A DNA stretch of 64,000 nt from an uncultured Alphaproteobacteria bacterium (GCA_902590895.1 CACIYM010000002.1:349-64348), one strand, 5' to 3'. Shown: positions 48,338 to 58,713, numbered from the stretch's first letter. The notes: generated by a model from the letters alone, not told the origin. Program-made: numbers and translations.

Positions 48338-49013
48338 TAGTTATATTCTGAATAATTTTTATTATATTATTTATTTCAATTCTTGATTCGTTACTGTTTA
48401 AAATTTTTTCAGAGTCAAAATCTTGTTTATATAAAAATCTATTTAAATCATTTCTTGGTTGAAGGTAAGAACCCTCAATAGAACTTCCCAGAAAAAGGCC
48501 TTCGTTATCTGTAAAAGAATATATATCAGCAAGTCTTAGCGTACTTTCTGCTGAGTATCCAACTCCATCTGATACAACAACTGCGTCAACATCAACACCA
48601 AATTTAATTCTTTCTTTTAAAACTGATTTAAGCCCTCTGTTTGTCATTACAGTCATAACAACTTTACCAGATTTGGCTCCAAACTGTAGTCCCACACTCA
48701 GTCCTCCTATTGAATAGAAAAAAGGACCAGAAAAGCTATTTTTTGATTTTCTTATTATTAATAGACCGTTTCCTCCTTTAGCTCCAAAAAAAAAGCCTCC
48801 TTCATAAATTTCTGGAAAGATTAAAATTGCTCTACAATTTTTTAAGTAGTTCTTAAAGTTTTTCATATCACTATTTTTATTCAATTTTTTTAGTGTTAAT
48901 TCAGCCGATTGAATTAAGTGTGATATTGTGTATTTAATTTCATCATTTGAGTTGGAATAAATAGGATGACAAATTAAGTAAATTGAAATAAAAATTTTAA
49001 GAAGATAACCCAT
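48318..49013 (-). CDS. SYLF (DUF500/Ysc84-like) lipid-binding domain protein, secreted
   Basis: Signal peptide. Gly-rich repeats GGFFFGAKGGNGLLI and GGLSVGLQFGAKSGKVVM are typical of the SYLF domain. Confidence 0.65.
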   Translation of the reverse strand: MGYLLKIFISIYLICHPIYSNSNDEIKYTISHLIQSAELTLKKLNKNSDMKNFKNYLKNCRAILIFPEIYEGGFFFGAKGGNGLLIIRKSKNSFSGPFFYSIGGLSVGLQFGAKSGKVVMTVMTNRGLKSVLKERIKFGVDVDAVVVSDGVGYSAESTLRLADIYSFTDNEGLFLGSSIEGSYLQPRNDLNRFLYKQDFDSEKILNSNESRIEINNIIKIIQNITSEKSKK

Positions 49014-49069
49014 TTTAAATATTTCAAATAATAAATACTGTTATTATACTAGAGAAAAATTAAAAAAAT

Positions 49070-49492
49070 ATGAAAATTAACATTTGTTTATTCTTTTTCT
49101 CCTTACTATTTTTAAGTGATTTAAAAAGCGCAGAGTTAGTAATAAAAATTCTAAACATTGAAGAAAATAGTGGATCGATTCACTTTGCAGTCTATGATAA
49201 CCCAGAATTTTTTCCAGAAAATCAAGGAAAAAAAATCGGATTTAAAAAAAATGTTACTGAACTAACTGATGGTCAGGTTACAATAACTGATTTAGAGGAA
49301 TCATTTTATGCAGTCGCAATTTATCACGATAAAAACTCTAACGATAAATTTGACACTTTTTTATCAATTCCTAAAGAAAAATTTGGTTTTAGCAATGACG
49401 CAAAAGTTTTTTTTGGACCACCAAGTTTTGATGAGGCTAAATTTTATTTAAAAAAAAACCAAAGATTAAAAATTGAAATTAGTTTAAGGTAA
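49070..49492 (+). CDS. DUF2141 domain protein, secreted
   Basis: Signal peptide. [10 protein letters not shown]...FGFSNDA...[10 protein letters not shown]. Confidence 0.6.
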   Translation: MKINICLFFFSLLFLSDLKSAELVIKILNIEENSGSIHFAVYDNPEFFPENQGKKIGFKKNVTELTDGQVTITDLEESFYAVAIYHDKNSNDKFDTFLSIPKEKFGFSNDAKVFFGPPSFDEAKFYLKKNQRLKIEISLR

Positions 49493-49497
49493 TAATT

Positions 49498-50448
49498 GTG
49501 AAAAAAAGAGTTTTAGTAACTGGTGGTGCAGGATTTATTGGTTCATTTATTTGTGAGAGACTTGTTGAAGAAGGGCATTATGTTATCTGTTGTGATAATT
49601 TTTATACTGGAACAAAAAATAACTTAGTAAATATATTAGATAACAAAGATTTCGAGATTCTAAGGCACGATATAACATTTCCAACATACTTAGAAGTTGA
49701 TGAAATTTTTAATTTTGCCTGTCCAGCATCTCCTGTTCATTATCAAAATGATCCTGTGCAAACAGTAAAAACTTGCGTGCACGGAGCGATAAATATGCTT
49801 GGTTTAGCAAAAAGAACTGGTTCAAGAATTATGCAAGCGTCAACATCAGAAATTTACGGTGACCCTGAAGTTCATCCACAAAGCGAATCCTACAAAGGTG
49901 CAGTGAGTATAGATGGACCTCGGGCTTGTTATGATGAAGGAAAAAGATGTGCGGAAACCATTTTTTGGGATTATCAAAGGCAACACAACGTTGATGTTAA
50001 AGTTATAAGAATATTTAATACTTATGGTCCGAGGATGCAAAAACATGATGGAAGAGTTGTTTCAAATTTTATTATTCAAGCTTTAACAAATAAAAATATC
50101 ACTGTTTATGGTGATGGTTCTCAAACGAGGTCATTTTGTTACGTTGATGATTTAGTGAATGGAATTTTTTTAATGATGAAAAAGGAAAATTTACCTGGAC
50201 CGGTAAATCTTGGAAATCCATCAGAAATTTCAATTTATAATCTCGCACAAGAAATAATTGATTTAACTGGTAGTAAATCAAAAATTATTAACAAAGAACT
50301 TCCAGTTGATGATCCTAAACAAAGATGTCCAAACATTGAAATTGCCAATAAAGAGCTAGGATGGCAACCATCATTTGACAGAGAGGTAGGACTTAAAATG
50401 ACTATTGAATATTTTGATGAACTGTTAAACAAGGAAAAGTTAAAGTGA
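49498..50448 (+). CDS. UDP-glucuronate decarboxylase (UDP-xylose synthase)-like SDR
   Basis: [12 protein letters not shown] Rossmann motif, the STSEIYG..., YDEGKR catalytic YxxxK, and UXS-like [13 protein letters not shown] start after AAGG. Confidence 0.85.
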   Translation: MKKRVLVTGGAGFIGSFICERLVEEGHYVICCDNFYTGTKNNLVNILDNKDFEILRHDITFPTYLEVDEIFNFACPASPVHYQNDPVQTVKTCVHGAINMLGLAKRTGSRIMQASTSEIYGDPEVHPQSESYKGAVSIDGPRACYDEGKRCAETIFWDYQRQHNVDVKVIRIFNTYGPRMQKHDGRVVSNFIIQALTNKNITVYGDGSQTRSFCYVDDLVNGIFLMMKKENLPGPVNLGNPSEISIYNLAQEIIDLTGSKSKIINKELPVDDPKQRCPNIEIANKELGWQPSFDREVGLKMTIEYFDELLNKEKLK

Positions 50449-51854
50449 ATTCTCTGGAAAAAGTAATATGTATAGGTGATATTATATTGGATTGCTATAG
50501 CGCAGGCAGTGTTGAAAGAATTTCTCCAGAGGCACCAATTCCTGTTTTAAAGTTATCAAAAGAAAATAGAGAAGTACTTGGTGGCTCTGGTAATGTCGCT
50601 AGAAATATTTGTGCTGCAGAAACAAAATGCCATTTAATCTCAGTTATTGGAGACGATAGTGATTCGAAAAAAATTATTTCACTATGTAAGAAGGTTAAAA
50701 GTTTATCTTTCGATTTAATTGTTGATAAAGGCAGATGTGCCACTAAAAAACATAGATTTGTATCTGAAAATCAACAAATTTTGAGAGTCGATAATGAAGA
50801 TGTTACTCAGATAAATGAAAAAATTGAAAAAAAAATACTTGCAAAATTCACAAAAAATCTTAAAAAATCTAACGTTGTTGTAATCTCTGACTATCAAAAA
50901 GGCTTATTAACAAAAAACCTGTTATCGAAGATCATTAAGCTCTCCAATCAAGCAGGAAAAGTTATTATTGTTGATCCAAAAAATGTTGACCTTGGGTATT
51001 ATAAAAACTCCACAATAATTACACCCAATCTTAAAGAACTATTAGGGGTAGGTCAAAATGATATAAATGAATTAAAAATTGAGGAAGTTTCAAAGAAATT
51101 GATAAAGGTTTATGGTTTTAAATCAGTTATTACAACCAAAGGTTCAGACGGAATATCTGTTGTAAGAAAAGATGGACATAACTTCCATATTCCCTCAAAA
51201 GCACAGGAAGTCTTCGATGTATCTGGTGCTGGCGACACAGTGGTTTCATACATAGCGTCGGGAATAGCAAGGAATGAGGATTTTGTATCTTCAGTTGAGT
51301 TGGCTAATGAAGCAGCTGGCATAGCCGTAGGTAAATTTGGTACTGCAATAGTTGCTCGTTCAGAAACAAGAAAGAAAGAGATCACTAACTATAAAGTTCA
51401 TTCAATTGAAAACCTTCTGGTCGAATTAAAAAATTTAAAATCTTACAAGATTGGTTTTACTAATGGATGTTTTGATTTAATACATCAGGGACATATTGAC
51501 TATCTTAGAAAGGCAAAAAAGCAATGTGATTTTTTAATTGTGGGATTGAACAGCGATAATTCAGTAAAACAGTTGAAAGGCTTGTCAAGACCAATAATTA
51601 ATCAATTTGAGAGATCATCAATACTATCAAGTTTTGAGTTTATAGATAGTATTGTCATATTTGAGGAAAGTACACCCATAAATTTAATAAAAAAAATAAA
51701 ACCAAAATTTATTTTTAAAGGAGACGATTACAAAAAAAGTCAGGTTGTTGGTAATATAGAGATAAAAAAATGGGGAGGTTCAGTTATTTTAATAAAATGT
51801 ACTAAAAATAAATCAACCTCTAAAATTATTGAAAGAATAAAAAATGGAACTTAG
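50445..51854 (+). CDS. hldE: Bifunctional D-beta-D-heptose 7-phosphate kinase / D-beta-D-heptose 1-phosphate adenylyltransferase
   Basis: N-terminal PfkB kinase domain ([17 protein letters not shown]) and C-terminal cytidylyltransferase domain ([14 protein letters not shown]). Confidence 0.9.
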   Translation: MNSLEKVICIGDIILDCYSAGSVERISPEAPIPVLKLSKENREVLGGSGNVARNICAAETKCHLISVIGDDSDSKKIISLCKKVKSLSFDLIVDKGRCATKKHRFVSENQQILRVDNEDVTQINEKIEKKILAKFTKNLKKSNVVVISDYQKGLLTKNLLSKIIKLSNQAGKVIIVDPKNVDLGYYKNSTIITPNLKELLGVGQNDINELKIEEVSKKLIKVYGFKSVITTKGSDGISVVRKDGHNFHIPSKAQEVFDVSGAGDTVVSYIASGIARNEDFVSSVELANEAAGIAVGKFGTAIVARSETRKKEITNYKVHSIENLLVELKNLKSYKIGFTNGCFDLIHQGHIDYLRKAKKQCDFLIVGLNSDNSVKQLKGLSRPIINQFERSSILSSFEFIDSIVIFEESTPINLIKKIKPKFIFKGDDYKKSQVVGNIEIKKWGGSVILIKCTKNKSTSKIIERIKNGT

Positions 51855-52599
51855 CGCAGTTTTTTTTGATGTTGATGGTACGATAGCCGAAACTGAAAAT
51901 TTTCATAGAAAAGCGTTTAATGATGCCTTTAAAGAATTTAATTTAGATTGGTTTTGGGATGAACCAATTTATAAGGAATTAATTAACATTGGAGGCGGGA
52001 AAGAGCGAATCATGTACCATATCAAGCGAGCTTGGCCTGAAATGTTGACTTATAAAAATTTATCTAAGTATGTCGATTCAATTCATAAGACAAAAAATGA
52101 AATATATGAAGATTACTTAACCGAATCAAAGATAAAAGTAAGACCAGGAATTATGAGATTAATTAATGAGTTAAAAGGAAAAGGTATCAGGCTTGGCTTA
52201 GTATCGTCTACATCTGAAGTAAATTTATTGAATTTATTTGAAAAAGGATTAAAAATTGATCACAAACAAATTTTTGATATTATCGCTCATGGTGATTCCA
52301 CACCAAACAAAAAACCATCTCCAGAAATTTATGAGTGGGCTTTAGAGAAGCTTAGGTTACCTTCTCAAGCATGCATAGCAATTGAGGACTCACCAAGAGG
52401 TTTAGATGCTTCATTTAAGGCCAACATTAGTACAATAGTTACACCATCAATTTTGACGTTAGGTGAACAATTTAAGGGTGCAAAGTTAGTTGTTTCTGAT
52501 CTTGGAGAGCCAGATAAAGCTTTTGAATTGATTGCGGGTAAGGATTTTGGTCATAAGTTTGTTAATGCAGATTTGTTGTCAAAAGTTATTGATATATAA
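51844..52599 (+). CDS. HAD-IA family hydrolase (CbbY-like phosphatase)
   Basis: FDVDGTIAETE motif I, SSTS motif II and IEDSPRG motif IV. Confidence 0.8.
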   Translation: MELSAVFFDVDGTIAETENFHRKAFNDAFKEFNLDWFWDEPIYKELINIGGGKERIMYHIKRAWPEMLTYKNLSKYVDSIHKTKNEIYEDYLTESKIKVRPGIMRLINELKGKGIRLGLVSSTSEVNLLNLFEKGLKIDHKQIFDIIAHGDSTPNKKPSPEIYEWALEKLRLPSQACIAIEDSPRGLDASFKANISTIVTPSILTLGEQFKGAKLVVSDLGEPDKAFELIAGKDFGHKFVNADLLSKVIDI

Positions 52600-52993
52600 G
52601 CAGATAATAGACAAATCCCATAATAAGTAGTTGTAAAACAAAAATTATAACGCTGAATCTATGCAATATCTTAAATTTTCTTTCATCCTTTGAGTCAGAG
52701 GCATCATTGATTTTTTTCATCAAAAAAAATTTAGAGTAAAAATATCCTAGTGAAATGATAAGGAATATAAAGGAGTAAAAAACTTTATCAAACAGAAGTA
52801 ATACTGCAATTAATAAGCTGATTATTGCTGCATATGTATATATTTTAGGAAATAAGGTTCGGATAAACTTCCTGGCGTTTTTTTCGTCCAAGTTAATGAA
52901 AGTATTCGGAGCTACTATCGCGGAGAAAAAAATCAAACTCCCCATGAGAAAAGGTATTAAAAAAGTTACAAGGTTATTTAAGATTTCAGTCAT
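52586..52993 (-). CDS. DUF4149-like small membrane protein
   Basis: Four predicted TM segments. FFSAIVAPNTF...LFPKIY resembles DUF4149/TMEM205-like proteins. Confidence 0.45.
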   Translation of the reverse strand: MTEILNNLVTFLIPFLMGSLIFFSAIVAPNTFINLDEKNARKFIRTLFPKIYTYAAIISLLIAVLLLFDKVFYSFIFLIISLGYFYSKFFLMKKINDASDSKDERKFKILHRFSVIIFVLQLLIMGFVYYLLIYQ

Positions 52994-53052
52994 ATTTAAT
53001 AAGTATATTTAATTGTATTTAAAAAAAAAAACAATGATGGTAAGAAATAATA

Positions 53053-53439
53053 ATGAATTTAAAATTTATATTGTTTATCCCAATTATTGAAATTCTCCTA
53101 TTTATATTATTTGGAGATTTTCTCGGTTTTTTTCTAGTGGTTTTTTTAATTATTATGACTGGTGCCCTTGGTCTCATCTTATTAAAAAGTAACATTAACT
53201 TAAATGACATAAGAGAATTAGCACTTAAACCAAATGAATGGGTTTATAAAAAAATTGCAGGATTAATGTTAATTATCCCAGGTTTCTTCACTGACTTTTT
53301 AGGCCTAATTTTATTAATGAAAAATTTAAGATCATTTGTTTGGAATTTAATTGTAAAGAAAAATAAAAATCAGAAAAATAAATCTAATAAAAGCGACGAT
53401 GTTATCGAAGTTGAGTATAGAGACTTAGATGAAAAGTAA
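53053..53439 (+). CDS. fxsA: FxsA family membrane protein
   Basis: IEILLFILFGDFLG...IIPGFFTDFLGLILL signature. Confidence 0.8.
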   Translation: MNLKFILFIPIIEILLFILFGDFLGFFLVVFLIIMTGALGLILLKSNINLNDIRELALKPNEWVYKKIAGLMLIIPGFFTDFLGLILLMKNLRSFVWNLIVKKNKNQKNKSNKSDDVIEVEYRDLDEK

Positions 53440-53710
53440 TTTAACTACGTTTACGGTTGAGGTTAAAGGAAGAGTTCAAGGTGTTGGGTACAGAGCATGG
53501 GTGAAAAAAAAAGCTAGAGATTTTGATTTACATGGATGGGTTATGAATTCTGAAGATAAATCCGTAAAAATGGAATTATCTGGAAAAAAAGAAAAAATTA
53601 AAATATTTTTAATTGAATGTTACAAAGGCCCATTATTAAGTAAAGTTTTGGAAGTTAATGAAAAAGAGATACCTTTTAAGGATTTTAAAAGTTTCGAAAT
53701 AAGATTTTAA
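53429..53710 (+). CDS. acyP: Acylphosphatase
   Basis: VKGRVQGVGYRAW motif. 93 aa. Confidence 0.9.
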   Translation: MKSNLTTFTVEVKGRVQGVGYRAWVKKKARDFDLHGWVMNSEDKSVKMELSGKKEKIKIFLIECYKGPLLSKVLEVNEKEIPFKDFKSFEIRF

Positions 53711-54288
53711 TGAATATTTTTTTTTTAAGACATACTTCACTAAATGTTGAGCCAGATGTTTTTTACGGACAGACAGACCTAGATGTGTCTGATACTTTTG
53801 AGAAAGAAGTTAAAATAATAAAAAAAAAAATCGATGAACTAATAACTAAAGATTACAAAGTTAAAGTTTATTCAAGCCCGTTACAGAGGTGTCGAAAACT
53901 TTCACAAAAAATTTCAGGTAACGTAATACTTGATTCTAGGATAATGGAGCTAAATTTAGGTGACTGGGAAATGATGCCTAAGCAATCGATTCCTAAAGAA
54001 CTCGTTGAAAACTGGGAGAATGATATGATGAACTTCACGATACCTAATGGAGAGAGTAATAAGAAATTTTTACAAAGATTAAAAGAGTTTACAGATGAAA
54101 TTTGTGCAACTGAGGAAGACGTTTTGATTGTTGCTCACGCAGGTTCAATTAATGGGATGATTTCAAATCTAACAGGAGAGCCATTTGATAAATTACTAAA
54201 AAATTTTTGGGAAAAAATAAGTTATGGCTCACTTTCACTTTTAAGAAAAGAGTCAAGACAATTTAAAATAAAATTTATTGGAAGATAA
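53710..54288 (+). CDS. Histidine phosphatase family protein (alpha-ribazole phosphatase CobC-like / PGAM-like)
   Basis: FFLRHTS (RHG-type motif), YGQTDLDV, SSPLQRCRKL and a VAHAG His. Confidence 0.75.
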   Translation: MNIFFLRHTSLNVEPDVFYGQTDLDVSDTFEKEVKIIKKKIDELITKDYKVKVYSSPLQRCRKLSQKISGNVILDSRIMELNLGDWEMMPKQSIPKELVENWENDMMNFTIPNGESNKKFLQRLKEFTDEICATEEDVLIVAHAGSINGMISNLTGEPFDKLLKNFWEKISYGSLSLLRKESRQFKIKFIGR

Positions 54289-54297
54289 TTAAATTAA

Positions 54298-55008
54298 GTG
54301 AAAAGATTTTTTAACATATTTTTTAATAAAAAAAAGTATTCCACGTATATTGCTGGTATTAAGATTCAAAGGTCATCAAGAAGAAATAGTACAGTTTCAT
54401 TAAAAATAAAAGATGGGAAATTAATTATTTTGTGTCCAAGTTTTCTCGACGATAAATATCTTACGGAGATTATTAAAAAGAAAAAAAGTTGGATTGAAAA
54501 AAAGCTAAAAAACAGAAAAAAAAATATCGAATTTTCTGAAAAAAAAAAATTTCCTATTTTAGGAAAAAGCCATGAAGTGAGATTTTTAAAGTCTAACAAA
54601 AACGAAGTAAAAATTATCGGAGATTTAATAAAAATTTCTTACCAAAAAAATAACACAATGAAATCAATTTTTATAAACTGGCTAAAAAATGAGTCAACAA
54701 AATATTTAAAAGCTAGGGTGTCTATATTATCTAAAAAAAAAAAGATTGATCCTCAATCAATTTTTGTGAAGACATATCGAGCAAGATGGGGAAGCTGTAG
54801 CCACAAATCGGAAATTTTTTTAAATTGGAAGCTTTTTCTTTTACCAAAAGGAATTATTGATTATGTGATTGCCCACGAGCTAGCCCACGTATTAGTCCCA
54901 AATCATTCAAAAAAATTTTGGTCAACAGTAGAGCAAATAGATCCAAATTACAGGGAAAAAAAAGATTGGCTGAGAGTTCATGGCTATGCTTACATACAAT
55001 TTAATTAG
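54298..55008 (+). CDS. M48-like metallopeptidase, YgjP/DUF45 family
   Basis: HELAHVLVPNHSKKFW zinc motif and RWGSC. GTG start. Confidence 0.8.
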   Translation: MKRFFNIFFNKKKYSTYIAGIKIQRSSRRNSTVSLKIKDGKLIILCPSFLDDKYLTEIIKKKKSWIEKKLKNRKKNIEFSEKKKFPILGKSHEVRFLKSNKNEVKIIGDLIKISYQKNNTMKSIFINWLKNESTKYLKARVSILSKKKKIDPQSIFVKTYRARWGSCSHKSEIFLNWKLFLLPKGIIDYVIAHELAHVLVPNHSKKFWSTVEQIDPNYREKKDWLRVHGYAYIQFN

Positions 55009-55014
55009 AAGAAA

Positions 55015-55236
55015 TTATTGTGACTTTTTTAATTCATCTTCTGCATCACTAATTATCTTTTTTGCTCGTTTAAGATTTTCAGCATCAACCAGAATTCTCA
55101 TCGGAATAGCAGTAATATTACCTTCTACAGAAGACATTGATTCATCCAATATATAAAACTTTATATTATTACATGATAGAATATGCTTAATCCAAGATAG
55201 TGTTATATGATTATTTGTCTTTAATACGGTTTTCAC
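55015..55236 (-). CDS. DUF2007 domain protein (putative signal-transducing protein)
   Basis: 73 aa. The pattern L.TNN...LSWIKHIL..NNI.FYILDE.MS..EG.I..IP.RILV matches DUF2007. Confidence 0.6.
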   Translation of the reverse strand: MKTVLKTNNHITLSWIKHILSCNNIKFYILDESMSSVEGNITAIPMRILVDAENLKRAKKIISDAEDELKKSQ

Positions 55237-55284
55237 AGAGTTATATTATTATAAAAATGATTATTTAAAAGTAGATTTCTTTGA

Positions 55285-55361
55285 TGGTGCGCCCGAAAGG
55301 AGTCGAACCCTTAACCTTTTGAGCCGAAATCAAATGCTCTATCCAATTGAGCTACGGGCGC
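55285..55361 (-). tRNA. tRNA-Arg (anticodon UCG)
   Basis: The reverse complement folds as a cloverleaf. Acceptor GCGCCCG/CGGGCGC, D arm GCTC..GAGC, anticodon stem TTTGA/TCAAA with loop TT-TCG-GC, T arm AAGGG-TTCGACT-CCTTT, and an encoded CCA. Confidence 0.9.
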
Positions 55362-55366
55362 TAAAA

Positions 55367-56674
55367 TTAATTGTCAATTCCATGTGACAACTTGATTAAT
55401 TTTTTATGGAAAAAAATTGTAGTAAAACCTACAACTAAACACAACATCGTAATTCCTAAAAATATTACAGTTTCACCTAAATTTCCTGAACTTTCTCCAA
55501 TTGTACCTGCTAATTTATTTCCTAACCCAATAGTAGCAAAATAAATTCCCATAATACTGGCAACTAATTTTTTTGGTGAAAGTTTTGTGATGTAAGATAA
55601 TATCACTGGTGAAGCACATAACTCTCCGATGGTGTGAAATAAATAAGCTAACACTAGCCAATACATTGAAGATTTACCAAAAACTTGAGACTCTAGAGAT
55701 GCAAAGTACATAAACACAAATCCTAATCCCATAATAATTATTCCCACAGAAATCTTAAACAGAGAGGAACTAATAATTCTTTTTTTTGCTAAAAAAACCC
55801 AAAATGCTGAAATCTGAAAACCAAGTAAAATTATCATCAGTGGATTTATAGATTGAAACCAGCTTGCAGGGACCTCAAAGTTGATAAAATCTAAATTACG
55901 ATCTGTTTTTTCAAAAGCATATAAATTCATTAGTCCACCCGCTTGTTCAAAAGAAGCCCAAAAAATAATTAAAATGAATGAAGAGATAACAATTAACTTA
56001 ATTCTATCCCTCTCGACTAACGAAAAGGAAGAGTCAAAATTTAATAGTTTTTTTTTTACTTTTATTTCTTTAAAATTCGTTTTTCCTTTTAGAAAAAAAT
56101 ACTGGCCTATTAACATTCCAAATCCTGCAAGTGAGAAACCATAATGCCAGCCATAAACTTCACCTATGTAGCCAACAATTAAACTAGAAAAAAAAGCCCC
56201 AAAATTAATTCCGATATAAAAAATAGTAAAACCCTGATCTCTTCTATTGTCGTTTTCTTTGTAGAGGTTTCCCACTAGAGTTGAAATATTTGGCTTGAGT
56301 AAGCCAACTCCTGTAATAATTAATATTAGTCCAATAAAAAAAAAAGATTGATTCTGTATTGCTAGTGTTAAATGCCCAATGCATAAGAAAACACCACCAA
56401 TTGTAACGGCGTCTCTGTTATTTAAAAATTTATCACCAATTATACCACCGGGAATGCACGCCAAGTAAACTAAGGCAGTATACCAACCATAGAGTTTAAT
56501 TGCATCACTGTTTGACCAACCAAGGCCAGGGTTTGAGTTGTTATGTTCTGAAACTAAGTATAGAACTAGAATAGCCCTCATTCCATAGTAGCTAAAACGT
56601 TCCCACAGTTCAGTCAAAAAAAGTGTAAGGAGACCTTTTGGGTGATTTTTTATTTCTGCAAGTAAACCTAACAT
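55367..56674 (-). CDS. Proton-dependent oligopeptide transporter (POT/PTR2) family MFS permease
   Basis: ELWERFSYYGMRAILVLYL PTR2 signature and about 12 TM segments. Confidence 0.88.
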   Translation of the reverse strand: MLGLLAEIKNHPKGLLTLFLTELWERFSYYGMRAILVLYLVSEHNNSNPGLGWSNSDAIKLYGWYTALVYLACIPGGIIGDKFLNNRDAVTIGGVFLCIGHLTLAIQNQSFFFIGLILIITGVGLLKPNISTLVGNLYKENDNRRDQGFTIFYIGINFGAFFSSLIVGYIGEVYGWHYGFSLAGFGMLIGQYFFLKGKTNFKEIKVKKKLLNFDSSFSLVERDRIKLIVISSFILIIFWASFEQAGGLMNLYAFEKTDRNLDFINFEVPASWFQSINPLMIILLGFQISAFWVFLAKKRIISSSLFKISVGIIIMGLGFVFMYFASLESQVFGKSSMYWLVLAYLFHTIGELCASPVILSYITKLSPKKLVASIMGIYFATIGLGNKLAGTIGESSGNLGETVIFLGITMLCLVVGFTTIFFHKKLIKLSHGIDN

Positions 56675-56685
56675 AATACAAGTTT

Positions 56686-57105
56686 TTACTCTAAGTCCTC
56701 TAAATCCTCGAGGTGAGTTTTCAAAGCTTTACTACTAAGGTGAATTTCAATTAAGAAGACTATAATAGCTATGCAAAAAAAAACTAAAGCAATAATAAAA
56801 AAGATTACAGAAGATTTAATTCCATAAATTCCAATTAAAATCGTCAGTAAATTAAAAAAAAAGGATAAACCAGAAAAAAGTTGCATTAATTTTACATATA
56901 CGAGCCTTTTATTTAAAACATCTATTTGAGCTAAATATCTCATAGCTGATTTATCATTTTTTGAAATTTTTTTATTTATAAATTCGTCATGTATTTTTCT
57001 TATTAATCTGCTTAAAGATGTATATCTATTATTAAAAGAAATCATCATTAAAGGGATAGCGGGAAATAAAAAAGCCGCGTATGTTAATTCAAAACGGTAA
57101 ACCAT
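56686..57105 (-). CDS. DUF2721 domain membrane protein
   Basis: About 139 aa with 3 TM segments. The N-terminus has the NNRYTSLSRLIRKIHDE pattern as in DUF2721. Confidence 0.55.
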   Translation of the reverse strand: MVYRFELTYAAFLFPAIPLMMISFNNRYTSLSRLIRKIHDEFINKKISKNDKSAMRYLAQIDVLNKRLVYVKLMQLFSGLSFFFNLLTILIGIYGIKSSVIFFIIALVFFCIAIIVFLIEIHLSSKALKTHLEDLEDLE

Positions 57106-57160
57106 GATTCTGTTTGATAGTTAAATTACTATATTTTTTTACATTACCAACTAAATTTAG

Positions 57161-57247
57161 TCAAAAAAGTTTGGCATATAAATTGCTTATTAATATTATC
57201 TCTGACTTTGTGTCAGAAATTTGAACGATGGGAAGATCTAAAAACAT
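57161..57247 (-). CDS. Candidate 28-aa small ORF (MFLDLPIVQISDTKSEIILISNLYAKLF)
   Basis: Near-ideal SD (GGGAGGAAATATT-ATG) in an otherwise SD-poor genome. It is not in the ORF track (<60 aa), has no homology support, and is embedded in hairpin structures. Confidence 0.3.
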   Translation of the reverse strand: MFLDLPIVQISDTKSEIILISNLYAKLF

Positions 57248-57279
57248 AATATTTCCTCCCTTAATAAAGAGATCTTCCC
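57230..57279 (-). other. 10-bp perfect inverted repeat (GGGAAGATCT...AGATCTTCCC) with a 30-nt loop containing an SD and an AUG
   Basis: Arms at 57230-57239 and 57270-57279. It begins 5 nt after the stop of the 72-aa ORF on the minus strand. The SD GGGAGG can alternatively pair with CUUCCC of the 3' arm. Confidence 0.5.
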
Positions 57280-57284
57280 GTTCA

Positions 57285-57503
57285 TTAGTCTTTAATACGA
57301 GTTATAAAATTTATAAGATCCCCGCGTTTTTCATCTTCTACATCTTTGTATGAACAACCAAAGTGTGATTTGATTAATGTACAAATGTGTGCATAAGGAT
57401 TACGTCCCATTGGATGATTTGGATGAGGAGACAATTTATTTATTAAAAAGTCTCCATGTTTTTGAATAACACGCCAAACCTCTTTTTGATTTTCATTATT
57501 CAT
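57285..57503 (-). CDS. Hypothetical protein (72 aa)
   Basis: The ORF is translationally coupled (TAATG) to the upstream ORF. I do not recognise a family. Confidence 0.5.
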   Translation of the reverse strand: MNNENQKEVWRVIQKHGDFLINKLSPHPNHPMGRNPYAHICTLIKSHFGCSYKDVEDEKRGDLINFITRIKD

Positions 57504-57757
57504 TATCTTATACCTTGATTTGTTCTTCTTCTGGCCTTTTTTTCTGGTTGTTTTAAAATACTTTTTGATTTTTTTTTTATGGTTTTTTTCTGAATAATAT
57601 ATTTGTTTCCAGGTTTAGGTTGAGGTAGCCTTACAAAAGTACCATCATCTTTCATTAGAAAATAATTGCCATTACTGTCTTGAATGATTTCATCCGAAAT
57701 GACAGGACTTGAACAGGTTAAAAAAAACAAAAAAAATATCTTTGTAATTAGTTTCAT
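57503..57757 (-). CDS. Hypothetical secreted protein (84 aa) with a highly basic C-terminal tail
   Basis: Signal peptide MKLITKIFFLFFLTCSSPVIS. C-terminal tail KKTIKKKSKSILKQPEKKARRRTN. TAATG coupling on both sides. Confidence 0.5.
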   Translation of the reverse strand: MKLITKIFFLFFLTCSSPVISDEIIQDSNGNYFLMKDDGTFVRLPQPKPGNKYIIQKKTIKKKSKSILKQPEKKARRRTNQGIR

Positions 57758-58713
57758 TAATCTAAAATATGATAATATGGTTGATTTAATAATTTTTCTA
57801 TTGGATTCTTAAAACTATTTAAATAAGGAATATTTTTTCTTTTAAAAATCCACTCCTTAATTTCTCTAGTAACAAAATCCCCCTCTACATCTCGCAACAT
57901 CATATGATAACTCTCAATATAAACGCCAAGATCAAACTTTTCTCCTATATTTTTTTTTACATCTGGGTTTTGGAGTATTTCAATCAAAGGTTTTCTAGGT
58001 ACGATCTGATCATTGATTGGAATCAGTATCAATGTATTATAAGTTGGATTTTTTAAATAATTTTTTGCATCTTCAAAAGACTCATCCATCAGATTGGTTA
58101 TTCCGTTTAGGCTTTTTAATTTTGGTTTATGAATGAAAAATGGATCACCAGATAATTCTTTTAACATTCCTAAATTATCACTTGCCTGAACTTTAACTAA
58201 CCCTTTTCCACTAAGACTAAGATTAGGAAAAATTTTTGAAAAAAAATTTAGAGTAATACTCTTAAAAAAATTTCTTTCTTTAAAATTCCAAATTGCTGGT
58301 GCAATGAGTATAACTCCCTCAATTGGTAAAATTTTATTTGAATTTATAAGGCTAAAAAGTATAGCGCCTCCCATGCTTTCACCCATCAAATATAATTTCT
58401 TTTTGGGATATTCTTTTTTTAATTTTGTTATTTGATTTTTTATATCATTAATATGTCTTTCAAGAGTATACCATTTTCCACGAGAGTTATTTTTTCCGAA
58501 TCCTCTTAGATCAAAAGCTATTACCAATAAATTAAATTTTGTCAAAAAATTTGCTGGAATTTCAAAAGATTTTGAATAATCATTGTATCCATGAATAGCC
58601 AGAATAATCCCTGAACTATTTGTTTCATCTCCCCATCTTAGCTCATGAGCATTAAAATATGTATTTTTGTTATTCATAGAATCTTTGGTCAATACGCACC
58701 CTAAAATAAACAA
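57757..58713 (-). CDS. Alpha/beta hydrolase (lysophospholipase/monoglyceride lipase-like)
   Basis: HGYNDYS oxyanion region and the nucleophile elbow GESMGG. The start may be ATG 58677. Confidence 0.8.
   Translation of the reverse strand: MFILGCVLTKDSMNNKNTYFNAHELRWGDETNSSGIILAIHGYNDYSKSFEIPANFLTKFNLLVIAFDLRGFGKNNSRGKWYTLERHINDIKNQITKLKKEYPKKKLYLMGESMGGAILFSLINSNKILPIEGVILIAPAIWNFKERNFFKSITLNFFSKIFPNLSLSGKGLVKVQASDNLGMLKELSGDPFFIHKPKLKSLNGITNLMDESFEDAKNYLKNPTYNTLILIPINDQIVPRKPLIEILQNPDVKKNIGEKFDLGVYIESYHMMLRDVEGDFVTREIKEWIFKRKNIPYLNSFKNPIEKLLNQPYYHILD

Noticed and set aside
53019-53210. A 63-aa minus-strand ORF across the fxsA start.
   Set aside because: Its Lys/Arg/Ile-rich low-complexity translation is antisense to a well-supported FxsA gene, and it has no start context.
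55237-55366. tRNA-Arg as an integration hotspot with an adjacent genomic island.
   Set aside because: The tRNA is flanked within 5 nt and 48 nt by ordinary conserved genes. No integrase, direct repeat of the tRNA 3' end or compositional break is visible.
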